From: Acidobacteriota bacterium
GTDB taxonomy: Bacteria; Acidobacteriota; UBA890; WLXD01
Length of the DNA stretch: 64,000 nucleotides
Reading direction: 5' to 3'
Assembly: GCA_965205505.1 (NCBI GenBank)
Contig: CBDBHB010000009.1
Span: forward strand, 2,560,001 to 2,624,000
Positions 9,923 through 20,410 of the stretch are shown here, piece after piece. How positions within the stretch are numbered: the stretch's first letter is position 1; each line of letters begins with the position of its first letter. The position numbers and the translations under genes were made by a program. The notes under the pieces were generated by a model. That model was not told where the DNA came from. It ran no database searches and was given only the letters and a program-made list of their open reading frames with translations.

Positions 9923-11494
9923 ATGCGTTTGAGCGCCCAGCCCGTCATCAGCATCGTCGCTCGCAGTGCTCTGCGCATCGGCGCGTTGCTTGGGGCCACC
10001 CTTGCCATGGCTCCAGCTGCGCCGACCGCTCCGCCGGGCCGTGCGGCCGACGTAAAGCTGATGTTCACTGACGTCACCGAGGCGGCCGGATTGGCCGTCG
10101 AACATCGTTTCGACGGTAGCGTCTCAGACATCGGGATGGCTGCCTGGGCCTCTGGCGGCATCGCTGCCGGAGACGTGGATGGCGACGGCTTCGTCGACCT
10201 GATCCTGGTGCGCGCCGATGCCGGTCAGCCGGTCTTGCTGATGAACCTACGCGACGGGACGTTCGCGCAACCGCAGCCGATCGCTGGCCTCGACCGGTGG
10301 GCCGCCGGGGCAACGCCGGCCGACTACACCGGCGATGGCTGGCTTGACCTGATTAGTGGCAACGTCGGCTCGGGTCGACCGCAGTTTCTCACTGGTGGTG
10401 CCAGTGCCCGGTTCGTCGATACTGGCGCCGGCGCGACCGTGCGAACTGCGAAGAACACGTTCTCGACTTCGCTGGCCGATATCGATGGTGATGGTGACCT
10501 CGATCTCGCGATGACGCATTGGGACCTGAACTGTCGCGACGGCTGCGCCGGCGATCACATATGGCAGAACGATAGCGACGGGGTCTTCAGAATCGCCGAT
10601 CCGCAGTGGAGGCTACCGGGCTACGAGGAGGACTACTCGTTCACGCCGAACTTCGCCGATATCAACTTCGACGGCTGGCCGGACCTGCTGGTTGCCGCCG
10701 ACTTGCGCACCAGCCGCGTGTTTCTCAACGATCTCGGACGCGGCTGGGTCGAGGCCACGGACCGCGATGTGATCACCGATAAGAACGGCATGGGCGCTGC
10801 CGTCGGAGACTACGACAACGATGGCGATCTGGACTGGTTCGTGACCAGCATCTGGTACGAAGCCAACTCGAACAGCGGCAACCGTCTGTATAGCAATCAT
10901 GGCGACGGGGTCTTCAGCGATGTCACCACCAAAGCGCGAGTACGTGACGGTGGCTGGGGATGGGGCGCGTGCTTCGCCGACTTCGACAATGATGGCTGGC
11001 TGGACATCTTCCACACCAACGGCTGGTTCACCTACGGCACCGATCGATCCAAGCTGTTCATGAACCTCGGCGGGCGATTTCGCGAGCGAGCCGCGAGGCA
11101 CGGCATTGTTGACGAGCGTTCGGGCCGTGCCGTCGCGTGCTTTGACTACGATCGCGATGGCGACACCGACATTCTGGTAGGCAACCACAACGATCTGCCG
11201 CGCCTGTATCGCAACGACGGTGGCAACGCGCGATCGTTCCTCGATGTCGTGTTGGTGGACGACGGACCGAATACCTCGGGCGTCGGGGCTCGGGTCTTCG
11301 TAACTACGAACGGCCGCACGCAGATGCGCGAGCTGCGTTGCGGCAGCAACTACGTGTCGCAAAACCCGACTGAGGCGCACTTCGGCCTGGGCAATGCGGT
11401 AAGTGCGCGCGTCCGCGTCGTCTGGCCGGACGGCGAGGTCCAACAGCTCGGCCGGGTGCGGGCGCGGCAGCGGCTGGTCGTCGAGCGTTCCTGA
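9923..11494 (+). CDS. Secreted CRTAC1-family protein (FG-GAP repeats + ASPIC/UnbV domain)
   Basis: Repeated DxDxDGxxD motifs; C-terminal GARV...GSNYVSQN...HFGLG...VVWPDG. Confidence 0.88.
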   Translation: MRLSAQPVISIVARSALRIGALLGATLAMAPAAPTAPPGRAADVKLMFTDVTEAAGLAVEHRFDGSVSDIGMAAWASGGIAAGDVDGDGFVDLILVRADAGQPVLLMNLRDGTFAQPQPIAGLDRWAAGATPADYTGDGWLDLISGNVGSGRPQFLTGGASARFVDTGAGATVRTAKNTFSTSLADIDGDGDLDLAMTHWDLNCRDGCAGDHIWQNDSDGVFRIADPQWRLPGYEEDYSFTPNFADINFDGWPDLLVAADLRTSRVFLNDLGRGWVEATDRDVITDKNGMGAAVGDYDNDGDLDWFVTSIWYEANSNSGNRLYSNHGDGVFSDVTTKARVRDGGWGWGACFADFDNDGWLDIFHTNGWFTYGTDRSKLFMNLGGRFRERAARHGIVDERSGRAVACFDYDRDGDTDILVGNHNDLPRLYRNDGGNARSFLDVVLVDDGPNTSGVGARVFVTTNGRTQMRELRCGSNYVSQNPTEAHFGLGNAVSARVRVVWPDGEVQQLGRVRARQRLVVERS

Positions 11495-11558
11495 GGGCTA
11501 ACGCGACGCGGGTGAGGACGGGCGGCCACCGGCACGGTCGGCGCGGCGCGGAAGCGAG

Positions 11559-12890
11559 TCACTCGAAAGGCTCGTCCACGCGTATCCAGAACCACAGGAG
11601 TCCAGCCACGATCGCCATCAAAGAGCCTGTGCTGAGGGCGCCAACCCATCCGAACCAACCTACGAAGATCGGTATCAGCGGCGCGGACACCACACCGGCC
11701 AAATTACCCCCAGTATTCAGAATACCGGCCGCGTTGTAGGTGTGTCTTCTAGCCACGAAGCTCGTGCCCGCCCAGTAGGTGCCCTCGGTGAACTGCGTGA
11801 GGCTGAAGCAGATCGTCAGGAAGAAGATCGCCCACGGAGCGCTCTCCGCCAGCGCGCCGAGCAAGAGGAAGACGCCGACGAGCGGCAACGCCACGGCGCA
11901 CGGCAGCCGGCAGCCCCAGCGCGGGCCGAGCCGCTGACACAGGCGGTCGCAGGTCTCGCCGCCGACCGATGCCATGACCGCGCCCGCTAGCCATGGCAGG
12001 GAGGCGACGAAGCCACCGGCCATCATGCCGAATCCGCGCACATCGATGAGATAGATGTAGAACCAGTTGAAGAAGATATAGAAGACGTAGTTCATCGAGA
12101 AGTAACTGAAGGTGAGAAGAAGTATGTTGCGGTCGCGCAGTAGCCGCTTCCAGGCTGCGGTCTTCGGTGCCTGGGTGGAAGGCTCGCCGTTGGAGGTGCC
12201 ACGCTTCGCGGCAGTCTCTCGACCGGCACGAATCAGCGCGATCTCGGCGGCGTTGGTGGCCCAGTGCTCGCGTGGATCGTCACGGCTCTGTCGCCACCAG
12301 ATCCACGCGCCCAGCACGGCCAGCGGGGCAGTGGCATAGAAGGCTCCCCGCCAGCCGATCGTGAGCATGAGCCAGGCGATGAGTGGAGGGGTGACCGCGC
12401 CGCCTAGCCCCAAGCCGGTGCTACTGACGGCGTTGGGGAGCGCCCAACGGCCCACCGGGAACCAGCGTTCGACAGCACCGCCCGTAACGGGGTAGAGAGG
12501 CGCGCGTGCCGCACCGAGAGCGGCGCGGATGATCAGCAGCGTTACGAACACCCCCACGTTGCCTGTGACGATGGTTCCCGGCAAGAGCGCGGTGGCAGCG
12601 GTGATCACAGCCCAGACACCTGTGATGATCGCGAGCACGCGGCGGGCACCGATACGCTGGCCCCAGACCCCTCCCGGGAGCTGGAACAGCGCGTAACCCC
12701 AAGTCATGGCGCTGAACACCCAGCCCATCTGCACGTTGGAGAGGCCGAACTCCTCGGTGATGAACGGGGCGGCGATGGACAGGTTCAGGGCAACGATGTA
12801 GGAGACGAAGCTCAGGCTGAACAGCAGGCCGAGGATGCGCCAGCGAACCTGTGTCGGTCCGTCGGTGCTTGTCGATGTACGCGTCATCAT
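11559..12890 (-). CDS. MFS transporter (anion:cation symporter-like)
   Basis: ~12 TM helices, YALFQLPGG, ERWFP, GWRGAFY, NTGGNLAG. Confidence 0.88.
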   Translation of the reverse strand: MMTRTSTSTDGPTQVRWRILGLLFSLSFVSYIVALNLSIAAPFITEEFGLSNVQMGWVFSAMTWGYALFQLPGGVWGQRIGARRVLAIITGVWAVITAATALLPGTIVTGNVGVFVTLLIIRAALGAARAPLYPVTGGAVERWFPVGRWALPNAVSSTGLGLGGAVTPPLIAWLMLTIGWRGAFYATAPLAVLGAWIWWRQSRDDPREHWATNAAEIALIRAGRETAAKRGTSNGEPSTQAPKTAAWKRLLRDRNILLLTFSYFSMNYVFYIFFNWFYIYLIDVRGFGMMAGGFVASLPWLAGAVMASVGGETCDRLCQRLGPRWGCRLPCAVALPLVGVFLLLGALAESAPWAIFFLTICFSLTQFTEGTYWAGTSFVARRHTYNAAGILNTGGNLAGVVSAPLIPIFVGWFGWVGALSTGSLMAIVAGLLWFWIRVDEPFE

Positions 12891-12893
12891 GCC

Positions 12894-13140
12894 CTAGCAG
12901 GCCGTGGTGAAAGAGTGGTGGGTCTGGTTACGGCGAGTTGGGGCCAGATGGAAGGCGGCCTGACACAGGCGATGCCCTAGCCATCGTCGAGGAAGGGCAA
13001 CGCCGCAAATGGCCCCAAATCGCCGTAACCCTTCGGGCGACAGGGGGTTGCGCGCGTATGCTGCGTCGTTCCTCGTCAACGATGGGGTAACCATCGCCTC
13101 CTCCTCTCTCCTTGCCTGCACTTCGCAAGACCCTGTCGCC
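12894..13140 (+). mobile_element. MITE family 1 copy lacking the right TIR
   Basis: Near-identical to 22352-22600; begins CTAGCAGGCCGTGGTGAAAG. Confidence 0.9.
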
Positions 13141-13312
13141 GCCTGAACCCGCGGACCATACCGGAAGTCTGCACCCGACACCAGAATCGTTTCGGCAAGG
13201 ACGAGCCAGTTTGGTCGTGTTTCGCGCGTTAGGGACATGCGGAGGAATCCGCAACCAGCGCGTGGCTCGCGAATGCGGCCCGCGTTCATGCGGATCAAAC
13301 GGAGAGAGCCCG

Positions 13313-15503
13313 ATGCGAGTCCTGCCTGCCATGTCGACCGTTTCCAACGCCGACCGAGCGCTGGAGGCGCCAGTGAGCTCGATGCGAGCCCGTCGTGGGG
13401 GAAGCCTCCCCCGACTGGTTTGGTCCGCCATGCTGTCGATGGTGGCGTTCTGGCTGGTAGTGTCGGGCGCTGAGGCCCAGTCGGCCAGCGGACAGCGCAT
13501 GAGGGTCCCGGCGGAGGTCTACGCTGGCGACCCCGTGCGCGAGATAGAGGCGAGATCGGCCACTTTACTGCGTGGCCGGTTCGACGAGTCGACGAGCTCG
13601 TTTCGTTTGGAGCTGGCGCCCCTCCCCGAGTGGGAGCGCCGTGCACTGGCGAGCGCCAACGACAAGCCGGGAGCTCCCCTGCAGATCGGTGTCGAACGCA
13701 GGGTGCCGCCGCGATTCCGAGGAGTCATGCGCAGCGGCGACTTGGAGTGGTCGGATACCCCCGACGGCGGGATGGCGGCGACGTTCACCGTGAGGTCACC
13801 CGAGGCCGTCGCCGTGCGGCTGGCGCTGCGTATGGCCGACTTCCCGCGTAGCGGGCAGGTCAGGTTCTTTAACGTGGCGCAGCCGGGGCAGAGCTTCGGA
13901 CCCTATGGCCGCGACGAGTTCCGGGCCCAGGCGCGCGCCGCGGCGGATGCTGGTGGCGAGCCGGGTCCGTACTGGTCGCCTGTGGTCGGCGGAGAAGAGC
14001 TCGGGGTGGAGCTGTACGTGCGGCGCCAGGCGCAGCGCCACCGACTCGAGTTCTCGATCGAGGCGGTCGCACATCTGCTCTACTCGCCGAAGTATTCCGA
14101 TCCGGCCGATATCTTCACCGTCAAGGCCTCGCAGGCATGCGAGATCGACCTCGCCTGCAGCCCAGACTGGCAGAGCACAGGCAACGCCGTAGCGCGGATC
14201 CTGTTCCAGGACGGCGGCACTTTTCTGTGCACCGGCCAGCTGATGAACGATACCGATTCCAGCACCCAAATCCCCTACTTCAGCACCGGCGACTCATTGC
14301 ATCGGTAACCAGGGAGCAGCGAGCTCGATCAACTTCTTCTGGTTCGACCAGCTGACCAGTTGCGGCGGTGGAGGCACCACCACTCAGCAGACCTCCGGCG
14401 GCGCCGCCTTGCTGTCGACTTCGAGCACCAACGGCGGCACCGACTTCTCGTTCATGCAGCTGAACCAGCCGCCGCCCGGTGGCGTCAGCCTAGCGGGCTG
14501 GACCAGCGGCACGCCTGGTCTGGGCACGTCGATCACCGGCATACATCATCCAGCCGGTGATGTGAAGAAGATCAGCCAGGGCACCTTGAATGGATTCGAG
14601 CCGTGGTCTGGGGGCACCAATACCCACCTGCTGGTGAACTGGAGCTCCGGCGTTACCGAAGGGGGAAGCAGTGGCTCGGCGTTGTTTGCGCCGAACCAGC
14701 AACTGATCGGTGTGCTCACCGGCGGGAGCTCCTTCTGCAGCGCCCCGAACGCCCCCGATCTGTACGGCCGATTCGATCTGAGCTTCAGGGCGATCAGCCA
14801 ATGGCTGGCGGCAGCGGCGCCACCACCGCCGCCACTACCGCCACCACCGCCGCCACCACCACCTGGGCCGACCGCTTGCAACGCTTTACCCGAAGCGCCT
14901 CCGACGCTCACAAACTCGGTCGACGGTTCGACGGTCGTGCTTAACTGGTCGTCGCCAGGCGGTGGGGTCAATGCCCCGACGTCGTACCGGCTCGAGGCGG
15001 GCACCGCGCCAGGCCTTGCCAATCTGGTGGATGCTGACCAGGGCAATACCACCAGCGTTACTGCCATCAACGTGGGCAATGGCATCTACTACGTCCGCGT
15101 CCGCGCCGTGAACCCGTGCGGCACCGGGCTTGCCTCGCCCGAGACCCTCGTGATCGTGGGCGGTGGCGGTACAGGAGGCGGCGGTGCGTGCACCGCTGCG
15201 CCGGGAGCGGCTACATCGCTGAGGGCCACGATCAGCGGGTCGACCGTGCGCCTGGACTGGAGCCCGCCGGTGAGCACGGCCTCCTTTAGCTCGCTGACGC
15301 GGATAAACGAGCCAACGACCTACATCGTGCAGGCGGGCTCTGCGCCTGGCCTCTCCAACCTTGCGAACAGCAATCTCCAGAGCCCGATCCCGTCAATGAT
15401 CGCCGCAGGGGTTGGGCCGGGCACCTATTACGTGCGAGTCTTGGGACGGAATAGCTGTGGGACCGGGCTATCTTCGAACGAGATCGTGGTCAGGGTGAAC
15501 TAA
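13313..15503 (+). pseudogene. Secreted trypsin-like (lysyl endopeptidase-like) serine protease with poly-Pro linker and two FnIII-like repeats; +1 frameshift near 14288
   Basis: Removing one G in accGgcgactcattgc restores STATHCIG and joins ORF 13112-14308 to ORF 14409-15503; TDFSFM and TEGGSSGS complete the triad. Confidence 0.85.
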
Positions 15504-15555
15504 CCCGCCGTAGCGATGGGGCTCGCGCGGCGGACGGGGGGTCGCGCGAGCCGTG

Positions 15556-17411
15556 ATGGGCAACGGGTTTGTCGGTACGCGGACAAGCACCGAAGGCAAC
15601 TTGCGCCGGCTAATGGTCGGCGCGGTTGTCTTGGCGCTCGCCACACTCGAGCCGCTTGCGGCGGTGCGGACGTGGCGCCGGTATGGACCGACCGCGAACT
15701 GTTGCGCTTTGCTGATGTCGTCGTGGTTGGCGAGGTCAGCCGAGTCACCGCGCGTTGGGACGACGCGGTCGCTGGTATCTACACCTACGTGACCGTGCGC
15801 GTCGACGAGGTCGTGAAAGGCAACGTAAATCGACGCCGCATCACGCTGAAACAGCTCGGTGGGCGCGCCAGGGGACAAACGCTCCGTATTGCCGGCCAAG
15901 CGACCTTCGATTTGGGCGAACGAGTAGTGCTGTTTCTCGAAGTCCGGCCACGCGACGATACCCTCTATACATCGGCCCACTGGCAGGGTAAGTGGCGCAT
16001 CGAGCGCGACGCATCGACCGGCGACGAGCGCGCCATGCGGGTGATTCCTGACGGCGCCGCGCGGCGGCGCTCGGCGCCGGCGGAGGTGCGACCCTTGCGA
16101 CGGTTCCTGCGCGATCTGCGTCGTCTTGCCGCCGAGCTCGAGGCGCCAGCACCCGCTTCCAGGATCCGCTTGATTCCGCCAGAGTTGCAAAAGAGCAGCG
16201 TTGACTCGGTGGATGTCTCCGACCCGTTCACGCTGTTTTTCGTGCGCTGGCACGAGGTGGACAGCGGTGGTGTGATCGCGGTTGATGTCGAGGCCGCCGG
16301 TCAACCCGGACTTCCCGGGGGAGGGTTCGGGGAGATCGACCAGGCGCGGGGCCGGTGGAACGGAGCCGGCAGCGCTCTGGTTCTGGGTGCCGGGGGCGGG
16401 GTTGCCGCTAATTGTTTCGGCGATCCGCGCGGTGACGGCCGGATTCGGATTTCATTCATGGATCCGTGTGGCGAGATGAGCAACACCGGCGGAACGCTGG
16501 CGATCGGCGGCGGGTCGTCTGCCAGCACGGTGGTTGTGGTAAACGGAATCAGCTTCACCAACTTCACCACCGGGACGATCGTAAACAACGACAGCGCCGT
16601 TGCCCTGTCACTGCTGACCAACTCGAACTGCTTCTCCGCCATTTAGCTGCACGAGCTCGGGCACGCGGTCGGGCTGGGTCACAGCGAGGACCCGAGCGCT
16701 ATCATGTTTCCGAGCATCAGCGGCCGTTGTTCGAGTCAGTTTCCGGGGCTCGGTGGCGACGACGTTGCCGGCCTACTGTTCGTTTACCCGACGGTTGGAG
16801 GAGGTGGCGTCGAAGCCCCTAACGCGCCCACCGGAATGGGCAACACCGTGAATGGCTCGACCGTATTCCTTTTCTGGACTGCGCCGATGCCGTTGAGCAC
16901 CGGGCAAGAGGCCGGCGTGGCAACTTCCTATGTTCTCGAGGCTGGCTCGGGGCCCGGACTCTCCGACCTGGTGAACTCGAACATTGGCAACGTGACTTCG
17001 ACGACGGCGACCAACGTTGCGAACGGCACTTATTTCGTACGCGTGCGGGGGGTGAGTGGTGGTATCCCTGGCGCCCCATCCAATGAGACCACGGTGGTCG
17101 TCGGGGGTGGAGGCGGTGGCAACTGCACGGCTGCGCCCGGCGCGCCGACCAGATTGGCGGCGGCGATCAACGGCTCCAGGGTGACGGTGAGCTGGAGTGC
17201 TCCGGGCGGCGGCAACGCGCCTACCACCTACATCATCCAGGCAGGTTCTGCCCCGCGCCTGTCGGATCTGGCCAACATCGATCTGGGCAGCGCCAACACG
17301 ACGTTGATCAACAATGCGGTTGGGCCTGGTACCTACTTTGTGCGCATGCTGGCGCGCAACAGCTGCGGCACCGGGCCGGCCTCGAACGAGATCGTCGTTA
17401 CCGTACAGTGA
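15556..17411 (+). pseudogene. Secreted metzincin (matrixin-like) metalloprotease with two FnIII-like repeats; frameshift near 15660 and in-frame TAG at 16644
   Basis: Signal peptide is in a different frame from the body; ATT TAG CTG CAC GAG CTC GGG CAC gives HELGHAVGLGH followed by Met-turn SAIMFP. Confidence 0.85.
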
Positions 17412-18301
17412 CGCTGAGGATCCTCGCCGCCCTGACAACCTCCGCCTACCTGGTGTGGCTTGTAGTCGCCAGCCCCGGGCCGGCGAAGGCCTCGGTGTTT
17501 CTGGCGGGTGTCGCCCTTCTCTACCTCTGGCTGTGGCTGTTGGGACGGGAGGGGCGCGGGAGCACGGCTGGGCCCGCCTGGCGCGACACCATCGACGTCC
17601 AAATCCTCTGCATTGTGGCGCCGCTCGCGGTCATGGCTGCGTATTGGAATTTCTTGCTGATGGTGCAATGGAACTTCGATCTGCTTCCGCGTCAGGAACT
17701 GGTGCGTTTCGATCGTCTAACGCAGGAGCAGGTGCGCCTGTATTACGAGGAGACCCAGTTCTTCCCGTTCGCATTTCCTGCCAATGTGCTATTCAGCTGG
17801 CGCGACGGGTTGCCGATGGAGAAGTACGACCTGCTCGGGGTCGTGCGGCCCGAGCGCAAGTTCTTCGCGACATTCGATGAAGGCGTCGACCGGTTCCTGC
17901 TGAACGGTTGGAGTCCCTGTGCACCGGGCATGAATGACTGTCGCAGCTTTCAAGGTGTTGGCCAGATCGCCGTCCCGCTTGATCCGGAAGGAGCGTCGGA
18001 GGTTGAGGTTGCCTTCCGAGCTTGGCTGCTGGTGCCGGGCGAGTCGGCGAGGTTGGTAGTGCGTGTCAATGGCGAGCGTGTCGGTCGGCTGCAGCTGAGC
18101 TCCACCCCGACGCGGTTCCAGTTGGCTGTCCCGACCGACAAGTTCCGCCGTGCGTTCAACCGCCTGCGATTCCGAATCGACGAGTGGTCGCAGCACCCGG
18201 CGGACGCGCCGGATGCCGTGGCAGGGCAAACTGAACCTGGTGATGGCCGGCAGCTCGAGCGTGTTGCGATGGGCTTCCTCCGCGTGACCCGGGATGGGTG
18301 A
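17408..18301 (+). CDS. Hypothetical membrane protein with a C-terminal beta-sandwich-like soluble domain
   Basis: Three N-terminal hydrophobic helices; GTGA overlap with the upstream gene. Confidence 0.65.
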   Translation: MTLRILAALTTSAYLVWLVVASPGPAKASVFLAGVALLYLWLWLLGREGRGSTAGPAWRDTIDVQILCIVAPLAVMAAYWNFLLMVQWNFDLLPRQELVRFDRLTQEQVRLYYEETQFFPFAFPANVLFSWRDGLPMEKYDLLGVVRPERKFFATFDEGVDRFLLNGWSPCAPGMNDCRSFQGVGQIAVPLDPEGASEVEVAFRAWLLVPGESARLVVRVNGERVGRLQLSSTPTRFQLAVPTDKFRRAFNRLRFRIDEWSQHPADAPDAVAGQTEPGDGRQLERVAMGFLRVTRDG

Positions 18302-18347
18302 GCGTGACGCTCGCCCGCGACACTGACTCCAGCGGGAGGGCAGAACG

Positions 18348-19337
18348 GTGACTTCCGGCGGTTCGGGTGCCCCGACGACGCAACGATTAGTGTCGGTGGT
18401 GATCCCCGTTTACCGGGGCGCAGGCCTGCTCACCGATCTTGCAAGCGAGTTGAGCGAGGCCTTCGACGAGCTCGACTACAGGTTCGAGATCATCTTCGTC
18501 GAGGACGGAAGCCCGGATGAGTCACTCGAGGAGCTCTGTAGACTACAGGGCACCGATGATCGAATCCGTGTCGTAGAGCTAGCGGGGAACTTCGGCCAGC
18601 ACGCTGCGCTCAGCGCCGGATTCGAACACGCCAGGGGCGATTTCATTGTCAGCATGGATGCGGATCTTCAGTTCGATCCGCGCGACGTGCCGCTGCTGCT
18701 CGAGCCCCTCGAACAGGGCGCTGACTTCGTCAGCGGAATTCGTAGGGGGCGCCGCGATCCGTATATGCGACGCCTGTTCTCGAGGGCCGTGAACTGGATG
18801 GCTCAATTCCCCGCCGGGGTACGCCTCGATGACATCGGCTGTCCATATAACGCGCTGACTCGACAGGTAGCGAACGACGTGTCGGCCTTCGGCGAGATGC
18901 GGCGGTTCCTCAAGCCCACCGTCGCGCGAGTGGCGCGTAAGGTTCGCCAGGTGGAAGTGCAACATCGCCCGAGGCCGAATGCCCGGCGCCGGTCCAGCTA
19001 CACGCCAACCCGCCTGGTACGTGTGTTCATGGACTTTGCCAGCGCCAGCCTTGCCGATGTGTTTTCGTGGATGTTCGTGGTCGGGCTGGCGGCTACGGGT
19101 GTGCTCGCGATTGCCACCGCAGTTGTTGCACTGGTGGCAGTAGCCGGCCGCGCTACGGTGATTCCGGTGGTTCTTCTGCTCGCCGTCACCGTGCTGGCCT
19201 TGGCTACGGCGGTGCTCGGTCTGGCCGGTGACTTCGTACAGAGAACGTATCGCTAGACCAGCGGTCGACCCCTGTACCGGGTGCGGCGAGTACACGAGCC
19301 CATGGCTCCCGTGACGGACGACGGCGAGAGCGGATAG
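18348..19337 (+). pseudogene. GT2 polyprenol-phosphate glycosyltransferase (ArnC/GtrB-like) with premature TAG at 19254
   Basis: SVVIPVY, VEDGSPD, NFGQHAA, MDADLQ; conserved RPLYRV tail lies after the TAG and the frame closes 2 bp before the next gene. Confidence 0.75.
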
Positions 19338-19339
19338 CC

Positions 19340-20326
19340 ATGCGAGTTGATGTGCTGGAAGCGGACCGGATATCCGCCTTGGATGACCTGATCGCGCGCT
19401 TCCCATACAACCCCTACAGGCACTACCGCATCCTGTCGGGACGCCGGCGTGCGAACGTGCTGCGCGCCATGATTCAACAGCCGGTCGAGGACGGCACCGG
19501 CACCGTTTACATTGCGGGCTCGATCAACCCCGCCGATCCACGCGCCGCGTGCCTGCTGCGTGAGTTGCCGTGGGAGACGGAGTTCTTCGGGCTCCCAATG
19601 GCGCGCGTGGAATCGGTCGTGCGCAGCGACGCCGAGCCGGAAGCGATGCGGGAACTGCTGCGCGCCGTGGTGGCGCGGGCGCGCGACGAGGGTGTCGCAC
19701 ATTTGGCGGAGCGGGTCGACATCGCTGATTGCCGGACCGTGCACGCGCTCGAGGATCTCGGGTTTCGGCTCATGGACACGCTCGTGACCTATATCTACCG
19801 GCACAAGGAGCAACCGCCGCAGGACGTGCGCAACATGGGAACGCTACGATCCTACGATCCCGCGGATCGTGATCAGCTCCTGGCGATCGCCGCCGAGGCA
19901 TACTCAGGCTTCCGGGGCCGCTATCACAACGACCCGCATATTGCGGATGAACGCGCCACGGCGATGTACGTCGAATGGGCGCGGCTATGTGTCGATGGCG
20001 ACTGGGCGGAGCACGTTCTAGTCACCGAGGACGGCGGCGGGATCTTGCACGGTTTCGCGACTTTCCGTTGCATCGAACCGGTATCGACCGTCGGCGGCGT
20101 TGGCGTGCACGGCGGCGGACTGGGCGGCTGCCGGCGTGATCGCCCGGGCGCGTACATGGGCCTGCTCCAGGGGGCCACGAAGTGGATCTACGGACAGGGA
20201 GCGGTGACAGAGTGTCAGACGCAGAGCGTCAACTTCCCCACCATCCGCCTCTACGAGGCTCTCGGCCAGCGATTCGTTCGCGCCGAGCATACTTTTCACG
20301 CCTGGCTTGGCACCACGGCCTGCTAG
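19340..20326 (+). CDS. GNAT-family acetyltransferase (WecD/dTDP-fucosamine acetyltransferase-like)
   Basis: LPWETEFFG, GRYHNDP, YVEW, TQSVNFPTIRLYEALG; last residues GTTAC* overlap a MITE end. Confidence 0.7.
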   Translation: MRVDVLEADRISALDDLIARFPYNPYRHYRILSGRRRANVLRAMIQQPVEDGTGTVYIAGSINPADPRAACLLRELPWETEFFGLPMARVESVVRSDAEPEAMRELLRAVVARARDEGVAHLAERVDIADCRTVHALEDLGFRLMDTLVTYIYRHKEQPPQDVRNMGTLRSYDPADRDQLLAIAAEAYSGFRGRYHNDPHIADERATAMYVEWARLCVDGDWAEHVLVTEDGGGILHGFATFRCIEPVSTVGGVGVHGGGLGGCRRDRPGAYMGLLQGATKWIYGQGAVTECQTQSVNFPTIRLYEALGQRFVRAEHTFHAWLGTTAC

Positions 20327-20410
20327 GGCATCGCCTGTGTCAGGCCGCCTTGCATCTGGCCCCAACTCGCCGTATCCAGACCCACCACACTTGGCACCAC
20401 GGCCTGCTAG
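20306..20410 (-). mobile_element. MITE family 1 short module with a duplicated TIR end
   Basis: 21-bp direct repeat CTTGGCACCACGGCCTGCTAG at 20306 and 20390; interior is the reverse complement of 22352-22438. Confidence 0.88.

Noticed and set aside
12894-13646. ORFs through MITE copies (12894-13646, 22352-22678, 32456-32821, 51657-51896) that resemble each other
   Set aside because: The similarity comes from the repeated DNA; there are no transposase motifs or consistent starts.
14818-14866. CCA/CCG triplet repeat
   Set aside because: It encodes an ordinary poly-proline linker between the protease and FnIII domains.
16644-19256. Amber readthrough (pyrrolysine or TAG recoding) to explain two in-frame TAGs, tempting given the nearby MttB homologue
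   Set aside because: tuf, rplA, etfA and others end at TAG in the expected place, the MttB has no in-frame TAG, no pyl genes are visible, and the same block also has frameshifts. Nonsense mutation is simpler.
20306-20410. CRISPR-like repeat-spacer-repeat (also 51781-51896)
   Set aside because: Only two repeats per locus, the 'spacers' are the same MITE module, and there are no cas genes.
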